This document shows positions 62,337 through 64,000 of a DNA stretch of 64,000 nt, one piece after another. This stretch comes from Vicugna vicugna (Eukaryota), in NCBI GenBank assembly GCA_013265495.1, contig MU057809.1:1043062-1107061 (forward strand), in the 5' to 3' direction. The position numbers and the translations under genes were made by a program. Positions within the stretch are counted from its first letter, which is position 1. Each line of letters begins with the position of its first letter. The notes under the pieces are model-generated. The model was not told the DNA's origin and made no database searches. It saw only the letters and a list, made by a program, of their open reading frames with translations.

Positions 62337-63789
62337 CTGAGGAGGAGAGAGGACAGACAGGTGAGAACACAGCGGCCGCCCACGCCCAGACACACCAGCT
62401 CCTTCTAAAGCACCAGCTCCTTCTAAAGTGCCTGCAGGAGACACTGTGGGGCAGCCACACTGGCTAGATGTCATCCCCTTCCCAAGCTGCCGGAGTGAGG
62501 GCCGGCGGGACACGGTGGCCCACTCCCCTAGACAAGCCAGGTATGGGTGGGCCTGACCCAAAGGTCACAGCGCCGGTCCCCCCCCGGCCCCCACACGTGG
62601 ACATGGACAGAAGGGGCCCAGGGCTGCTCGCCCCGGAATTTTAAGCAACGTTATGGCTGGGTCACTCCCTCTAACAGCCCTTCAGGTGACAGAAAGGAGG
62701 GAGGTGAGAGCAGGCACTGGGTGGCCAGGAGGAGGGGGCGGTGTCCCGGACCCCTGCTGAGGGCAGGGCAGCTCACGTGACAACAGAAGGCGGTGTGGTC
62801 CTGGGAATGCATGGATGCAGCAGAGTCTGGGAGGTCGGGGCCCAGCAAGACACCCACGGTGGGGAAGCCCAGGATCAAGTCAGGACACACCTCCACCCCT
62901 TCTGCTGTCACCCAACCCTCCCTGGTATCCCCAGCCAGCGGACCTCCCTGAGGGGGCCAACCATCGCAGTCTGACCTCCTCCCGCCCTGGCTGCACCTGC
63001 AGTTCCCCTGGCCACCCCAGCGCACTCTGGGGGCACCACAGACTCTGAGAAACGTTCGCAGGAGACAGAGTTTGTCACACAGTACACAGACCACTGCTGT
63101 GAAGCTGTCTAGAGCTAAGTACCTAACGAACAGACGTGTTTAAAAAGTTATTCAGCCTAGGGGGTGCCGCGAAAAGTGACTGAGGCACTGAAAGCACCAG
63201 GAAAGTACAGGAGTTTGTCTCAGGCCGTCAGCGTTCCTCCCGTCATCTGGTGGTTCTTCCATCCCCCACTGGGGTCCCACAAAGGCACAGATTCCTGAGC
63301 CCCAGCCCCAGATTCTGGCTTCATCTGAGGTGGGATCCATGCCCCGTGATCCGCATGTTGAACAGACCCCAGGAGGTTCCGGCATCTCTGGTTCTAGACC
63401 AGGGTCTGGACTGGCCCTGACCTGGTCAGTCACAACCGCCTCCCGACTGGATATACAACCCCCACCTTCCGCCCCTTAGCCCACACGCCCAGCCACTGCC
63501 AGGGACCCTTCTGGACCTTGGGTCTGAGCTCGCTCCATGCGCCGCTTGCTCACCAAAAGCTCACTGGCCCTCCAGACAGAGCTGCCAGCTTCCCAGGCTA
63601 CAGGCCTTCATCAGAGCAAGGGAAGCCTGTCCCCTCCGGCTGGCCAACCTGCCGGGTCCCCACTGGTCTCCACGGCCCCCAGTAACGGGGCCACTGAGCT
63701 GCAGCTGTGTGCCCCGCACAGCCAGGGCCTGGGAGGGAGACACCGCCAAGCAGCCCCTCACCCTCAAGTCCCCAAGCCGGCCTTGGAAG

Positions 63790-63935
63790 GCTGGGGGTTG
63801 TGCTTTATGCCATTTTTCAGGTAGGGAAACTGGCCCCCGAGGTTCAACGGCCCAGCAGGGCTGTAAGAGCTCGCAGCTGCAGCACAGCTGGGAGCTCAGG
63901 CGGCTGGGACCTGGGGCTTAAGAATCCTGACCCTG
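63790..63935 (-). mobile_element. MIR fragment in an SNX8 intron
   Basis: ccatttttcaggtagggaaactggcccccgaggttcaacgg. Confidence 0.5.
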
Positions 63936-64000
63936 AGCTCCCCACACTGTGTCAAGGAGTCAGACGTGGCCCCCCACAGACGTGTCCCTTGTAAGGAGTG

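Overview
Mammalian genomic DNA, almost certainly from a camelid (three vic-1-type tRNA-derived SINEs). It is GC- and CpG-rich and syntenic with human 7p22.3, with the gene order MAD1L1 (-) <- MRM2/FTSJ2 (-) <-> NUDT1/MTH1 (+) -><- SNX8 (-). The window contains: the MAD1L1 CpG-island promoter, non-coding exon 1 and first eight coding exons (codons 1-328 plus 2 nt), followed by about 32 kb of one long repeat-rich intron running off the left edge; complete MRM2 (3 coding exons, 245 aa); complete NUDT1 (156 aa); and the last coding exon and 3' UTR of SNX8. All coding exons were checked by hand for GT-AG boundaries and phase continuity. There are three N gaps. I found no novel protein-coding system: the many long ORFs in the track are GC-rich or antisense noise. 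The most interesting signals concern transcript ends and readthrough in this tightly packed cluster. NUDT1 appears to lack its proximal AATAAA and may share a bidirectional poly(A) island with SNX8. MRM2 has only variant poly(A) signals about 0.9 kb upstream of the MAD1L1 promoter, and its 8-nt first coding exon would splice in frame to the MAD1L1 start exon. A 44-bp G-rich VNTR lies next to the very compact MRM2/NUDT1 bidirectional promoter. These are hypotheses. Repeat family names and human comparisons come from memory of consensus or reference sequences, not from a search, and repeat boundaries are approximate.
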